NCBI GenBank assembly: GCA_004431415.1 | Contig: QPMI01000235.1 | Location: forward strand, 11,863-75,862 | DNA length: 64,000 bases | Direction: 5' to 3' | From: Cyanophora paradoxa CCMP329 | Lineage: Eukaryota; Plantae; Glaucophyta | Shown here: one piece after another, positions 53,788 through 64,000 of the stretch | Layout: the number at the start of each line of letters is the position of its first letter | How positions within the stretch are numbered: position 1 is the first letter of the stretch | The notes under the pieces: generated by a model | What the model was told of the DNA's origin: nothing | Databases searched by the model: none | Seen by the model: only the letters and a program-made list of their open reading frames with translations | Program-made: the position numbers and the translations under genes

Positions 53788-55379
53788 ACCGTCGACGCCA
53801 CCTACAACGCACCGAGGTCAAGCGTGGGCGCAAGGCGAGGGAACGCTAGACGGCGGGCCAAGGCGGGCCTCGCCCGTGGAGAGCCACCTGCAGCGAGACG
53901 CTCCCACCACGTTCCGCCGCCCGCCCTCTGCTCGCTGCCACCCCGCCAAGCCGAGTAAGATCCCAGGAGAGAAGGAGCGAGGCCGGGGGCCGGCGCACCT
54001 CGCAGAGCTCGGAGCGCCGCGCGCGGCGCTGCGGAGATCTAGATCTAGAGGCAATTGCAAGGGCGGCCGACCGGCGCGGGCGGTCGTTCCACGCGCTCCG
54101 CCACGCACGAGGCGCCAGAGGCGCGAGATGACCCGATCCGACCTCCATCGGCGCCTCGGCGCTCCGGGGCTCGGGAGCAGATCTAGAGCGCTGCGCGGGC
54201 GCGAGGAAGCGCGTCCGGCCGCGGTCGCGGCGCGGCTGCGGGGCGCTAGGAGAGCTACGGTGCGCTCGGGGAGGTCGCCGATGCGGCGGCTGCCCCTTGA
54301 TGTCGTCCGTCTTGCCTGTCTCGCCCGCAGGCCCAGAATCGCGCAATCGAGCGCCGCCGCGCGGCGAGACCAGGCGGCGCGGCGCTCCGGGAGCTCGCTC
54401 GAGCCGCCGGCGAGCTCGTGCGGCTGCTGCGCCCAGATCCAGTCGTCCGGTATACGTAGGTCGGCCCCGGCGCAGGCCGGGGTCGGAGCCGACTGCGGGT
54501 ACGCGTGCGCGGCCCGACCTAGGCCTCTCTCGCCGGCTTCCTGCCTCTGGACTCTTGCGGCGGTCCCGGGACGCAGAGGCAGGCTCGAGCTCGCCCACGC
54601 CGGTCCGATTGCGCCGAGACCGCGCGGCTCGCGTGCGGTTCGCCTCGCCCGACATGTACAGCACCGCTAGCTACAGAGCTATCGCCGGCACCGCCAGCCG
54701 GTAGGGTGTGACCAACGCGCAGCGCGCATCCTTTCCGGGCGTTTTCTGCGGTTTCCGCCCGCCCGGGCCGCTCGGTCGCCCCGGCCGCCGCTCCGATCCG
54801 GTCGCAGCAACGTTAACGGCGCCTTTCACCCAGGTCGGGCTCGCGCGCAGGCAGCCCGTCGCGCGCCCTCGAACGGGGAGCAGGTCGCACATAGGTTGCA
54901 ATCGAGGCTGCCGGTGCGGCCCCCCAATTCGGGGCTTCGCGGCGTATACGTACGATCTGATCGGCGGACCCGCCGCAGGCGCCGACCTCGCCGGCGCAGG
55001 AGATCCCGCGGCCCGCGGGCGCGAGCGGATGCCACGCTTGATTTCGCCGCGAGGCGCGGGGCTTCTGCGCTCGGTACGACCCCGCCCGCGCCCCAAAGCC
55101 CGCCGCCGACTCGCCGACCGCGCGCGCGCGCCCCGCGTATCAGCCCGCGCCGCGCGGCGGCGGCCGGCGAGCCGGCCGAGCGAGCCGAGGCGCGGCGCCG
55201 GGCGACCTCGCCGATCGGCCCCGTCCGGCCCGTCCAGGGAGCGACCGCCCGGGCTCCGGCGAGGTCGCCCCGCCGCCTCTTCGAGTGTCCTCGCTCCGCC
55301 GGTCCGATACCGTTTCCCCCCCCCGTCTCTTTCGAGCTCGCCGCGCGGCGCTTTCGACGAGGCTCTGCAGCTGCGCCGG

Positions 55380-55685
55380 ACGGGAAGAGAGGGGTACGCT
55401 TCACGCTGGCCGGAACCCGCCAGGCGCGCGGTAGGGGCCCGCCCCGCGCCCTCTTCCCCCCCCCTCGCCCCGTCCCCCGTCCCGACGCCGGCCGGCAGAA
55501 ACGACGGGGAGCGGGGGGTACGCCTCTCGCTGGCCGGAACCCGCCAGGCGCGCGGTAGGGGCCCGCCCCGCGCCCTCTTCCCCCCCTCGCCCCGTCCCCG
55601 TCCCGACGCCGGCCGCAGAAACGACGGGGAGCGGGGGTACGCCTCTCGCCGGCCGGAACCCGCCAGGCGCGCGGTAGGGCCCGAG
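55380..55685 (+). repeat. Tandem array, ~120-bp unit x ~2.5-3
   Basis: GGGGTACGC...GCCGGAACCCGCCAGGCGCGCGGTAGGG occurs three times. Confidence 0.85.
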
Positions 55686-55994
55686 CTCGAGGTCCGACAC
55701 CCTCTCCCTCCCTTTCCCCTTTCCTCCCTCCCCTCTCCGCCCCCCTAGGGCCTCCCGCCCCCTCCCCTCTCTCTCCCCGCCCCCCTTTCCCTCTGACCTT
55801 CCTTCCCCCTCTCCTCGCCCCTCCCCACCCCTCCCTGCCCCACCCTGCCGCCGGCGCCCCTCCTCGCGCCCCCATACCTCTCCGCGTCTCACGCCCGTTT
55901 CGATAGGAACCGAGGCCTCGACACGACATCGCACAGCAGAGCTAGACATAGGTGCGCTCGCAGGGTCCTCTCCCACGTTTGCTGTAAATAGGTC

Positions 55995-56889
55995 CGACGG
56001 TATGATATAAAGAGCTCGAGGCCTAGTTTGAATACTATGATATATACATGGCTGGCGACGGGCACGCCTATCAAACCATATAATATATATAAAGCGATTC
56101 GGAAGGCCCGCGTGAAAGCCCGGGGCCCTCCTCTCTGCGGAGGCGCCCCGCCATAGGGGAGGCCTGGACGATAATGGGAAACGCTGTACCCCGGGGCCCT
56201 CCTCTCTGCGGATCCGGAGCGCCCCCCGCCCGCCATAGGGGAGCCCTGGACGATAATGGGAAACGCTGTACCCCGGGGCCCTCCTCTCTGCGGATCCGGA
56301 GCGCTCCCGGCCCGCCATAGGGGAGCCCTGGACGATAATGGGAAACGCTGTACCCCGGGCCCTCCTCTCTGCGGATCCGGAGCGCCCCCCGCCCGCCATA
56401 GGGAGCCCTGGACGATAATGGGAAACGCTGTACCCCGGGGCCCTCCTCTCTGCGGATCCGGAGCGCCCCCGCCCGCCATAGGGAGCCCTGGACGATAATG
56501 GGAAACGCTGTACCCCGGGGCCCTCCTCTCTGCAGAGGAGAGTTGCCAGAAGTTTGTTTTTACAACAAAAGATTCGACTTTGGACAGCGGCAATATATAT
56601 CGAAATCGATCATGAGCTTGAAACTTCAAGAAAGACATTCCAAGCAGGAAAAGCGAGAGACGGATCATAGGAGAAAGAGGGCTAATTTAAATCTAGATGC
56701 GCATCGTGAGGCTCAGAAGCTGGAAGTTCTAGATAAGATGATCATGAGGCATTCTAGGTTGGGACCATACGCATTCAGTTCTGCAGGTAATATTAATATT
56801 GCTCATAATGACTATCGCCGATCATGTGCTCCGTTTGGCTGATGGGAGGAGGAGAGGGGGGGGGAGATCGCCTGGGGTCCTGCATTTCT

Positions 56890-56925
<36 letters not shown>

Positions 56926-58160
56926 TCCTCCGTCGCTCCCTCCGGCCACGCTCAGCTTGCCCCCTGGGGGTACTGCGTTTCCCATTACATCCAGGCTTCG
57001 CTCAAGGGCTCCTCCTCCCTCTCTCCCTCCGGCCACGCTCAGCTCGCCCCCTGGGGGTACTGCGTTTCCCATTTACGTCCAGGCTTCGCTCAAGGGGCCC
57101 CCTCCTCCCTCTCTCCCTCCGGCCAAGCTCAGCTCGCCCCCTGGGGGTACTGCGTTTCCCATTTACGTCCAGGCTTCGCTCAAAGCTGCAGCTGCCCTCT
57201 CTCTCTCTCTCTCCTCTCTCCCTCCGGCCAAGCTCAGCTCGCCCCCCTGGGGTACTGCGTTTCCCATTTACGTCCAGGCTTTGCTCAAAGCTGCCCTCTC
57301 TCTCTCTCTCTCCTCTCTCCCTCCGGCCAAGCTCAGCTCGCCCCCTGGGGGTACTGCGTTTCCCATTTACGTCCAGGCTTTGCTCAAAGCTGCCTCTCTC
57401 TCTCTTCTCTCCTCTCTCCTCCGGCCAAGCTCTGCTCGCCCCCTGGGGGTACTGCGTTTCCCATTTACGTCCAGGCTTTGCTCAAAGCTGCCCTCTCTCT
57501 CTCTCTCTCTCCTCTCTCCCTCCGGCCAAGCTCAGCTCGCCCCCCTGGGGGGTACTGCGTTTCCCATTTACGTCCAGGCTTTGCTCAAAGCTGCCCTCTC
57601 TCTCTCTCTCTCTCCTCTCTCCCTCCGGCCAAGCTCAGCTCGCCCCCCTGGGGGTACTGCGTTTCCCATTTACGTCCAGGCTCCGCTCAAGGGCCCCCCC
57701 ACGGCCATCTGCTTTATTTACCAGCGCCAGATCCAGATGGCTGCGATCGCAAAGAGAGACTCAAAACGTCAACGGGGGCATTGATGTTATCAGCGTTCAT
57801 ATTGTGACCGTAGAGCTGCAAAGATCCCCGCCGCCGCCCTGGCCCCGCCCCGTCCGCCGCCCTGGCCCCCGCCCCCTCGCCCGCCCCTCCGCCCGCCCCT
57901 CCGCCGCCCCTCCGCCCGCCCCTCCGCCGCCCCCTCCGCCCCCCGCCTTCCCCCGCCCTCCCCCCCCCCTCCTCTCCTTCCGGCAAGCGTAGGCTCAGCT
58001 GCCCGCCTGGCCATCGGCCAGGCCATTGGGGGGTACTGCGTTTCACATTTACGTCCAGGCTCCGCTCAAGCCCCCTTCGCCCCGTCTCTCCCTCTGGCCA
58101 AGCTCAGCTCGCCCGCCCGGGGTACTGCGTTTCCCATTTACGTCCAGGCTCCGCTCAAGG
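55995..58160 (-). repeat. Right arm of the large inverted repeat (5 B units, unique core, poly-C, 8 A units to ~57690, 2 further A units at ~58030-58160)
   Basis: Mirror image of 51345-53012. Confidence 0.9.
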
Positions 58161-58241
58161 CCCCATCCTCCCCCATAACAATTCTTGGGTTTCATTTGGC
58201 GCCCGTCACGTCCGACGGTCTGCGGCGCGTTTCGAGTTTCG

Positions 58242-59050
58242 ATGTCGCGCCATCGCAACTTTTGCTTCACGTGGAACAATCCGCAGAGGCGTCTAACTTT
58301 GAGCGACTTCACCGACGCGACGTACCTCGTTTACAGCGAGGAGGTCGGCGCATCCGGAACGCCCCACCTCCAAGTTACGTCGAGTTCTCAAAGGCCAAGC
58401 GCGAGTCCGAGCTGAGGAAACGCCTCCCCACTATACACTGGGAGCCGCGCAAGGGCCGGCAGCAAGATGCGATTGCCTACTGTAAGAAGAACGATGCAAC
58501 GCACGTAGACGGACCGTTCGAGTTCGGAAGCAAAGAAACAAGGGAGAGGACGGATCTCGCGCAGCTCGTCCACGAAATCAAGAGCGAGAAACGAAAAATC
58601 TCCGAGGTCGCCCTCGAGTACCCCGATCTGTACTGCCGGTACCGAAGCGGATCCGCGACATTGTCGCATTTTCGCAGCCGCCTCGCACTCGCCCAACGGA
58701 AATCCACATTCGGTGGGGACCGCCTGGAACAGGAAAGACCCGATTTATCTACGATTCGTACGGGAATTCTGAAATCTACAAAAGCCCGAGGGACATGGTG
58801 GGACGGCTACGAGAATCAACTATCGTTCTTATCGATGATTACGACGGCTACATTCCGTTCACGGAATGCTACAGCTATGCGACCGCTATCCGCACAAGGT
58901 TCCATCAAAGGAGGATTCGTGGAATTTAACAGCACAGCGATTACATCACGAGCAACGTGGAGCCGCGGTCCTGGTACCTGAATATCCCGCCGGAGCGATA
59001 CGCAGCGTTTGAGCGCAGGGTTACATCGTGTGCCTTTGTTGTCTGAATAA
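58242..59050 (+). pseudogene. rep: Endogenous CRESS-DNA virus Rep (HUH endonuclease + SF3 helicase), frameshifted
   Basis: Motif I FCFTWNN, II TPHLQ, III YCKK; Walker A WGPPGTGKT, WWDGY, Walker B IDDY, LCDRYP, KGG, motif C ITSN and AFERRV, spread over several frames. Confidence 0.93.
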
Positions 59051-59333
59051 AGCTGTCTAAAACGCGTGTATACGTATACCGTAGTACGTATGCGCACGTG
59101 CAACTGCGCACCTTTAAATTTAATTTGATGACTCGATGATTTGCGATCAACCTGCGACTGGCCATATGCATGGCATGGGCCTGACGGATTTAAACGGAAT
59201 GCGCTGCGAAGCACTATATAGCGAGTCGCGATCGAGGCATAGGCTGCGTACTGATGCAAATTGAGCGCGTGAAGAGCACAACATGTAACGTACCCCCGGC
59301 CGCCGGCGCCCACCACAATGTATATTAATATTA

Positions 59334-59655
59334 GAGTCGACACAATCCACGCATGCCATGATGACTCGTGTAGTAATATGATGTATTACCTATCAGGCAC
59401 TTCTGTACCGCGGACCTCTGAACTTGTATACCAGCTGCAGCTGCAACGTGACGGCGTGCGCTTTGTATATATAGATGCCAGCGCCCAGCACAATTACCAT
59501 TCGAGTCGATACAATCATTGAATCCACACGTGCACAAATGAAATGCATGACCCGCGTAGTATTATACTACCTATCAGGCACTTCTGTACCGCGGACCTCT
59601 GTACTTGTATATACCAGCTGCAACGTGACGGCGTCTGCTACATATCGCCAGCGCG
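59334..59655 (+). repeat. Diverged direct duplication (~150-170-bp units)
   Basis: CCTATCAGGCACTTCTGTACCGCGGACCTCTG occurs at ~59389 and ~59570. Confidence 0.85.
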
Positions 59656-59980
59656 CGCTCAAGGACCGCAATTGCAACGCTTCGATTTGGTTGATTTGGT
59701 CGGATATATATCGATATGGATATCGATACCGATACCTTATAATTACACGCACACGTACGTATATACATAGACTCTGAGAGTATTACAGCATTCGAAGAGG
59801 ATGCACGCGACCATGGCCATGGGCACAGCTACGTACATACGCGCGCGTGCGCGTTCAGGTCACGTGTACTATAGCCATAGCTAGTACTCGAGATCGAAAT
59901 CTATATATCTATATATAAATCGGGTACAGATCTCAAAGGTCCGCGCAGTTTGCGATGGTAATTATAATCCGGCGTGGCAC

Positions 59981-60790
59981 TCAAAGGAAACGCCGACGCC
60001 CAGCGCAGCAAAGAGTCGCGCGGCACCCACGCGCCTTGACGCCGACGTGCCAGCGGATGTCGTACTTGGGCCCGCGGTCCTTTGAGAGCTGCAGGCGATC
60101 GCGATCCACGAGCTGCATCTCGGGCAGGGAGCGCCCCGCCACCCAGTCCGCCACGACGCGCAGGCCGTTTCCCTTGCCCCTGCGTATCACGGGCTCCCCC
60201 GACGAGGGAAGCCGCGCATAGGGCCCCACGAAGATCGAGCCGACCTCGAAAAACGCGTACTCGCGGCCCCCGTGCCGCAGCATCCGCGGGGGCGCCGCCC
60301 GCTCGCGGGCGGCGTCGGCGAGCCGCCGGAGGAACCACGCCACGTCCGACTCGCCTGCCGACGGGTGCTCCAGGACCTGGTGCGCGCGCCCCGAGAGCGC
60401 GGCCAGCAGCGACCGCATCGCCTGCGTCGAGACCGCGGGCGACGTCTCGGCGTGGCGCCGGTCCGCGTCCGCCGCGTGGGTCGAGATGGCGTCCAGCAGC
60501 GCCCCGTGAGCGCGCCGCGCCGCCTCGCAGAGGGCCGCCTCGTTTCCGCGCAGCGCGCGCAGCGCCTCGGCGAGCCGGTTCGCGTCCCCCTCGGGGACAG
60601 CGCCTGGACCGCCGGCCCGCACACAGTGCGGGGTGCCGCTCGCCAAAGACGGCGGAGAGGGGTTTCCGTTTGCTCTCGGGCGGGCGCTCTCGCGAATCGC
60701 GGCGTTGCAGACGGCCGTCAGGTTGGCCGTCCCGTAGTGCAGCACGGCGTCGGCGACCCAGGCCCTTGGAGCCCGCCGCATCGCCGATCT
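59981..60790 (-). CDS. Intronless hypothetical ORF downstream of the helicase relic
   Basis: 266-aa ORF with non-random composition (YAFFEVGSIFVGPY...KYDIRWHVGV); no family recognised. Confidence 0.4.
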   Translation of the reverse strand, partial: RSAMRRAPRAWVADAVLHYGTANLTAVCNAAIRESARPRANGNPSPPSLASGTPHCVRAGGPGAVPEGDANRLAEALRALRGNEAALCEAARRAHGALLDAISTHAADADRRHAETSPAVSTQAMRSLLAALSGRAHQVLEHPSAGESDVAWFLRRLADAARERAAPPRMLRHGGREYAFFEVGSIFVGPYARLPSSGEPVIRRGKGNGLRVVADWVAGRSLPEMQLVDRDRLQLSKDRGPKYDIRWHVGVKARGCRATLCCAGRRRFL

Positions 60791-61199
60791 CCATGCGCGC
60801 GGCGCCGCCAGCGACGCCGCGCGCGTCCCGAGATTCGAGCTGCAGCGCTAGCTGCCCGCCGCGGAATCCGGGCCCGCAGCGCGTTCGCCGCAGCGCGGTA
60901 CGCGTCTCCCTCCACGTATCCTTCTTCGTCGCCCTCGAGCCGCCGTCCTGGCCGTCGTCCTCGTCGTTTGCGATCTCGACTTCGGGGCCCGGATCGACCT
61001 CGGATTCGTCGTCCGAGTCGCAGGCGTCGTCGCGATCGCCGGCGCCGGCGCCGGCGCCGCTTCGCCCCGGCGGCGGCCGTGGCGGCGGGCGCCGCGTCGG
61101 CGTGCACGGCCTCCGGTAGTGCCCTCGGCAAAGCGGTACTTGACGGCGTAGGCGGTGGCAAGGCCATCGTTACGGGCAGAGTCCATCCAGCCGGCGTCC

Positions 61200-63902
61200 G
61201 GTTCGCTTCGGCGGCCCTCTGCGTCGTTCGCTGGGGCCCGTCGCCGGCGCCGCCTCCGGATCCCGCCCCCGCGGCCGCCCCCGCCCCCTTGGCCTTGCGC
61301 CGCACCGTCCGCCCATCCTTGGCGATGGCCCCCAGGCGCAGTCCCATCTTGGCCGCCGCCCCCTTGGCGAGGTCCACGACGTACCCTCGAATCTTGTCTT
61401 CGAGGCTCGGCACCTTGGCGCCGCGGGGCAGCCCCACCTCGCAGTACGCCCGCACCTCGGGGTGCCCGTCCGGGAGCCCCTCTGCCAGGTACCGCGCGCC
61501 GATCACGATCCGCCGGCGCGCGTCGCACGCCGGGCCGAAGAGGGGCGCCTCCCCCACCAGCAGCGCCGCGATTGCTTCGAGCTGCGCGGGTGGGAGCTTC
61601 GGGTCGAAGAGCCGCCCAAAGAGGCCTCGATCGCACGAAGAGAGGACGGTCTCGAGGAGCCGCACGCCGCTCGCCTCGGCGAGCGTCGCGATGTACCGGA
61701 TCGCGCTCCGCACCGCGTGGTGGGCGTCCTCGTGCAGCGGATTGATGATGCGGCCCGCGCGCTCCGCGTGGACCCCGAGCTCGCGCGCAGCGGCAGCACG
61801 GTGCGCGCAAACGCCTTGCACACGCGCCAGAGCTTGTTCGGGGCGAGGGAGACCGAGTCGGCCGCGTCGCCGGGGCCGACGGCGCAGGCCTCCAGGCGGT
61901 GGCGGCGCGCGCAGATCGCCCGCTGCACGGCCAGCATGTCGTAGGTGGTCACGCAGACGGCGCGGCCGTGCGCTCCGAGCGGCACCCCGAGGGGCCGAGC
62001 TGCTCGGAGGCGACGGGGCGGGAGACGGCGCGCCCCGTGCGCATCGCGCGCTCGATCTCCCCTGGCGAATCGGGTGCAGGGACGGGGCCAGGACGATGGG
62101 CATCACCAGCAGCTTCTCCGCCGCCGGGCCTGCACGCCCTTGAGCTGATTCGCCACCTCCTTCCACTGAGGCCCCGTCAGAACGGCCCCCGCGAGCTCCA
62201 GCCCGTTGACGAATCCCATGGCGCGAAACTGGCGTCGGCCGCCGCCTCGGGGCGCTCAATCCGTAACGGCGAACCGCCGTCGGCAGCGCCGCCATCTCCG
62301 CAACGGCGCGCTCCATCGGCGTGAGCAGCGCGGCGGGATCGACGCCCGGAACGCCGCCGCGCGCATCCTCCGCTCACGCACGTCGTCCAGAATTTCCGCG
62401 AGCGTCGCCGCCAGGCTGACCTGGAGGGCGCGATGGAGGCCGCAGGAACCCGTCGCACGGGTCATCGCCGATGCAGACGAGGAGATTCTTGCAGCGAACG
62501 TGGCGCACGCGGGCCAGCGCCTGGGCCTTGCCGTGACGTCGTACGTTTTGCCCTGCCACATGACGAGCACGTAGTCGTAGATGCGGGTCCTCCAGTCGAG
62601 GTTGGTGCCCTGCGAAGGGACGAGTTGTACGCGAGATATCCGGCACGGTCCCCACGAACTCCTTGTCCGCGATGCGGGCTTGTCCTCCTCGGAGGCGCCG
62701 CCCAGATCATCAGGAACCGAACCTCTGGATCCCGGCGCCGCAGCTCGGGTCCGCCTCGACGAGACCCTGGTCGCGAAGAGCCGCGCGGTTGTCGCTGGAG
62801 AGCACGACGCGCTGCCCGCTTCGCAGCAGCGCCGCGGCGAGGATGGGGCCGTAGGCGTAGGGGAAGAGGATGGCCCTGCGCTCTTCGCGCGCCGGCCTGA
62901 GGAGGTACTCGCCGCCACGAGCAGCGCCGGCGCCGGCGCCGCGCGCGTCGACGGACTCGAATCCGGCTGCGGGCCGGAGCTGGGCTGCGGGCTCGAGGCA
63001 AAGGCCTTGACGAGGTAGTCGACGTGCGGCTGGCAGAGGTCGGCGTCGGAGCAGACGAGGATGGTCGCCGTGGCCAGCAGCCACTCCAGGGTCTCGCGCG
63101 CCCGCTCCTGCCTCTCGCCCTCGAGCAGCGTCGACGAAGCGCGAGTCGGGCGCACGCCAGCGCGATCTCGTCGAGGAACACGGCCCCAAAGGGCCTCCCC
63201 TCGGTCCTGAAACGGTGCAGGGACTCGAGGGTGGAGAGGAGCTGGGCTACCTGCTCGGCCAGCGTGTCCGGCCCCACCTCCTGGTACGAGGTCCACGGCA
63301 TCTCGACGCGAACGAACCGCGGATCCGCGGCGTCCCGCTCGGCGCGCACGGCCCGGCGGCGAGCCCAGGAGGGATGGCGGTCGGGCCGTCGCCGTCGTCG
63401 GTCCGGACTCGCTTCCGCGTGTAGCGCTCGTCCGACTTGATCTCGTTCGGGTGCATGCGGCCGGCGGCGAGATGGAGCGCCCGAAAGTCTTCCTCGACGC
63501 CGTAGGCCCTGGGATTTTCGCGCATGGCCCACATCAGCCCGCTGATCGCCTGGGACTTGCCCGTGGAGGTCGGGGCGCGGAGGAAGAGCAGGCGCCGCGC
63601 CGCGGGTCCGTTGGCGAGGAACCAGCCTCGGATGGCCTCCGAGTCGACGTGCGAGCGCGCGTTGCCGTCGTGCGCGATCGCCGGCGTCCACGTCACGGGT
63701 GCAACGGCGGGGACGGGACCGTCGGCGTCAGCGGGCGGAAGAGGTCGGGAAGCAGCTCGCTCCGAAACGCGCGGCGCTGCTCCCTCCGCAGCCGTGTCCG
63801 GTCCCGCTGCGCCGCGTCCCCCTTGCGCGCCGCCTCCTCCTCGATCGCCTCCAGCGGCGTCGCCTGCAGCGCCGCCGGTCCGGACTCTAGGACGCCCATC
63901 AC
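61200..63902 (-). pseudogene. Frameshifted UL9-like origin-binding SF2 helicase (may continue beyond the window)
   Basis: LFLRAPTSTGKS (I), LESLHRF...VFLDEI (II), CSDADL (III), YNSSL..GTNLD (V) and QALARVR (VI), distributed over several frames; no introns seen. 3' boundary approximate. Confidence 0.75.
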
Positions 63903-64000
63903 GCGCCGCGTTCCTTGCTGAGCCGGCGAATCCTCGTCGACGCGGATCCGCCAGGGGACGGGCCCCGGGCGCCCAGGAACCCGACGGAGCCCGACTCGAG

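Noticed and set aside
51345-58160. CRISPR array (30-bp conserved core with intervening sequence)
   Set aside because: The intervening sequences are near-identical low-complexity linkers rather than unique spacers, there are no cas genes, and the context is eukaryotic.
49717-58160. Calling the repeat region a centromere because a CENH3-like gene is adjacent
   Set aside because: Gene location says nothing about where the protein binds, and the arrays are short.
58242-64000. Helitron
   Set aside because: The Rep is CRESS-type with an SF3 helicase and the second helicase is SF2 on the opposite strand; there is no Rep-PIF1 fusion and no Helitron termini were seen.

Overview
Eukaryotic nuclear DNA from a GC-rich, intron-dense protist or alga (a glaucophyte-like host is a guess only). 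Layout: (1) 0.6-15.6 kb, four tandem ~3.5-3.9 kb units, each pairing a + strand F-box/LRR-like gene with a decayed - strand F-box/UvrD-helicase (FBH1-like) remnant. (2) 16-25 kb, host genes: a TKL kinase, an F-box gene, and a multi-exon gene with a sigma-70 region-4-like HTH. (3) 26,716-48,345, an apparently intact 21.6 kb AT-rich endogenous Polinton-like virus with 497-bp TIRs, TG...CA ends and a 6-bp TSD (CGCATG). It encodes pPolB, rve integrase, packaging ATPase, major capsid, two pentons, a patatin lipase and a 1824-aa fibre with an S74 chaperone; no adenain-type protease was recognised. (4) 49.7-51.0 kb, a 9-exon histone H3 variant with a near-canonical tail on a CENH3-like fold. (5) 51.3-58.2 kb, a nested foldback structure of tandem repeats. 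(6) 58.2-64 kb, frameshifted viral-type replication genes: a CRESS-DNA Rep and a UL9-like origin-binding helicase. Comparing paralogous host copies also reveals a recurrent insertion signature of micro inverted triplications (XYZ-revcomp-XYZ). All calls come from manual motif reading; no database searches were run.
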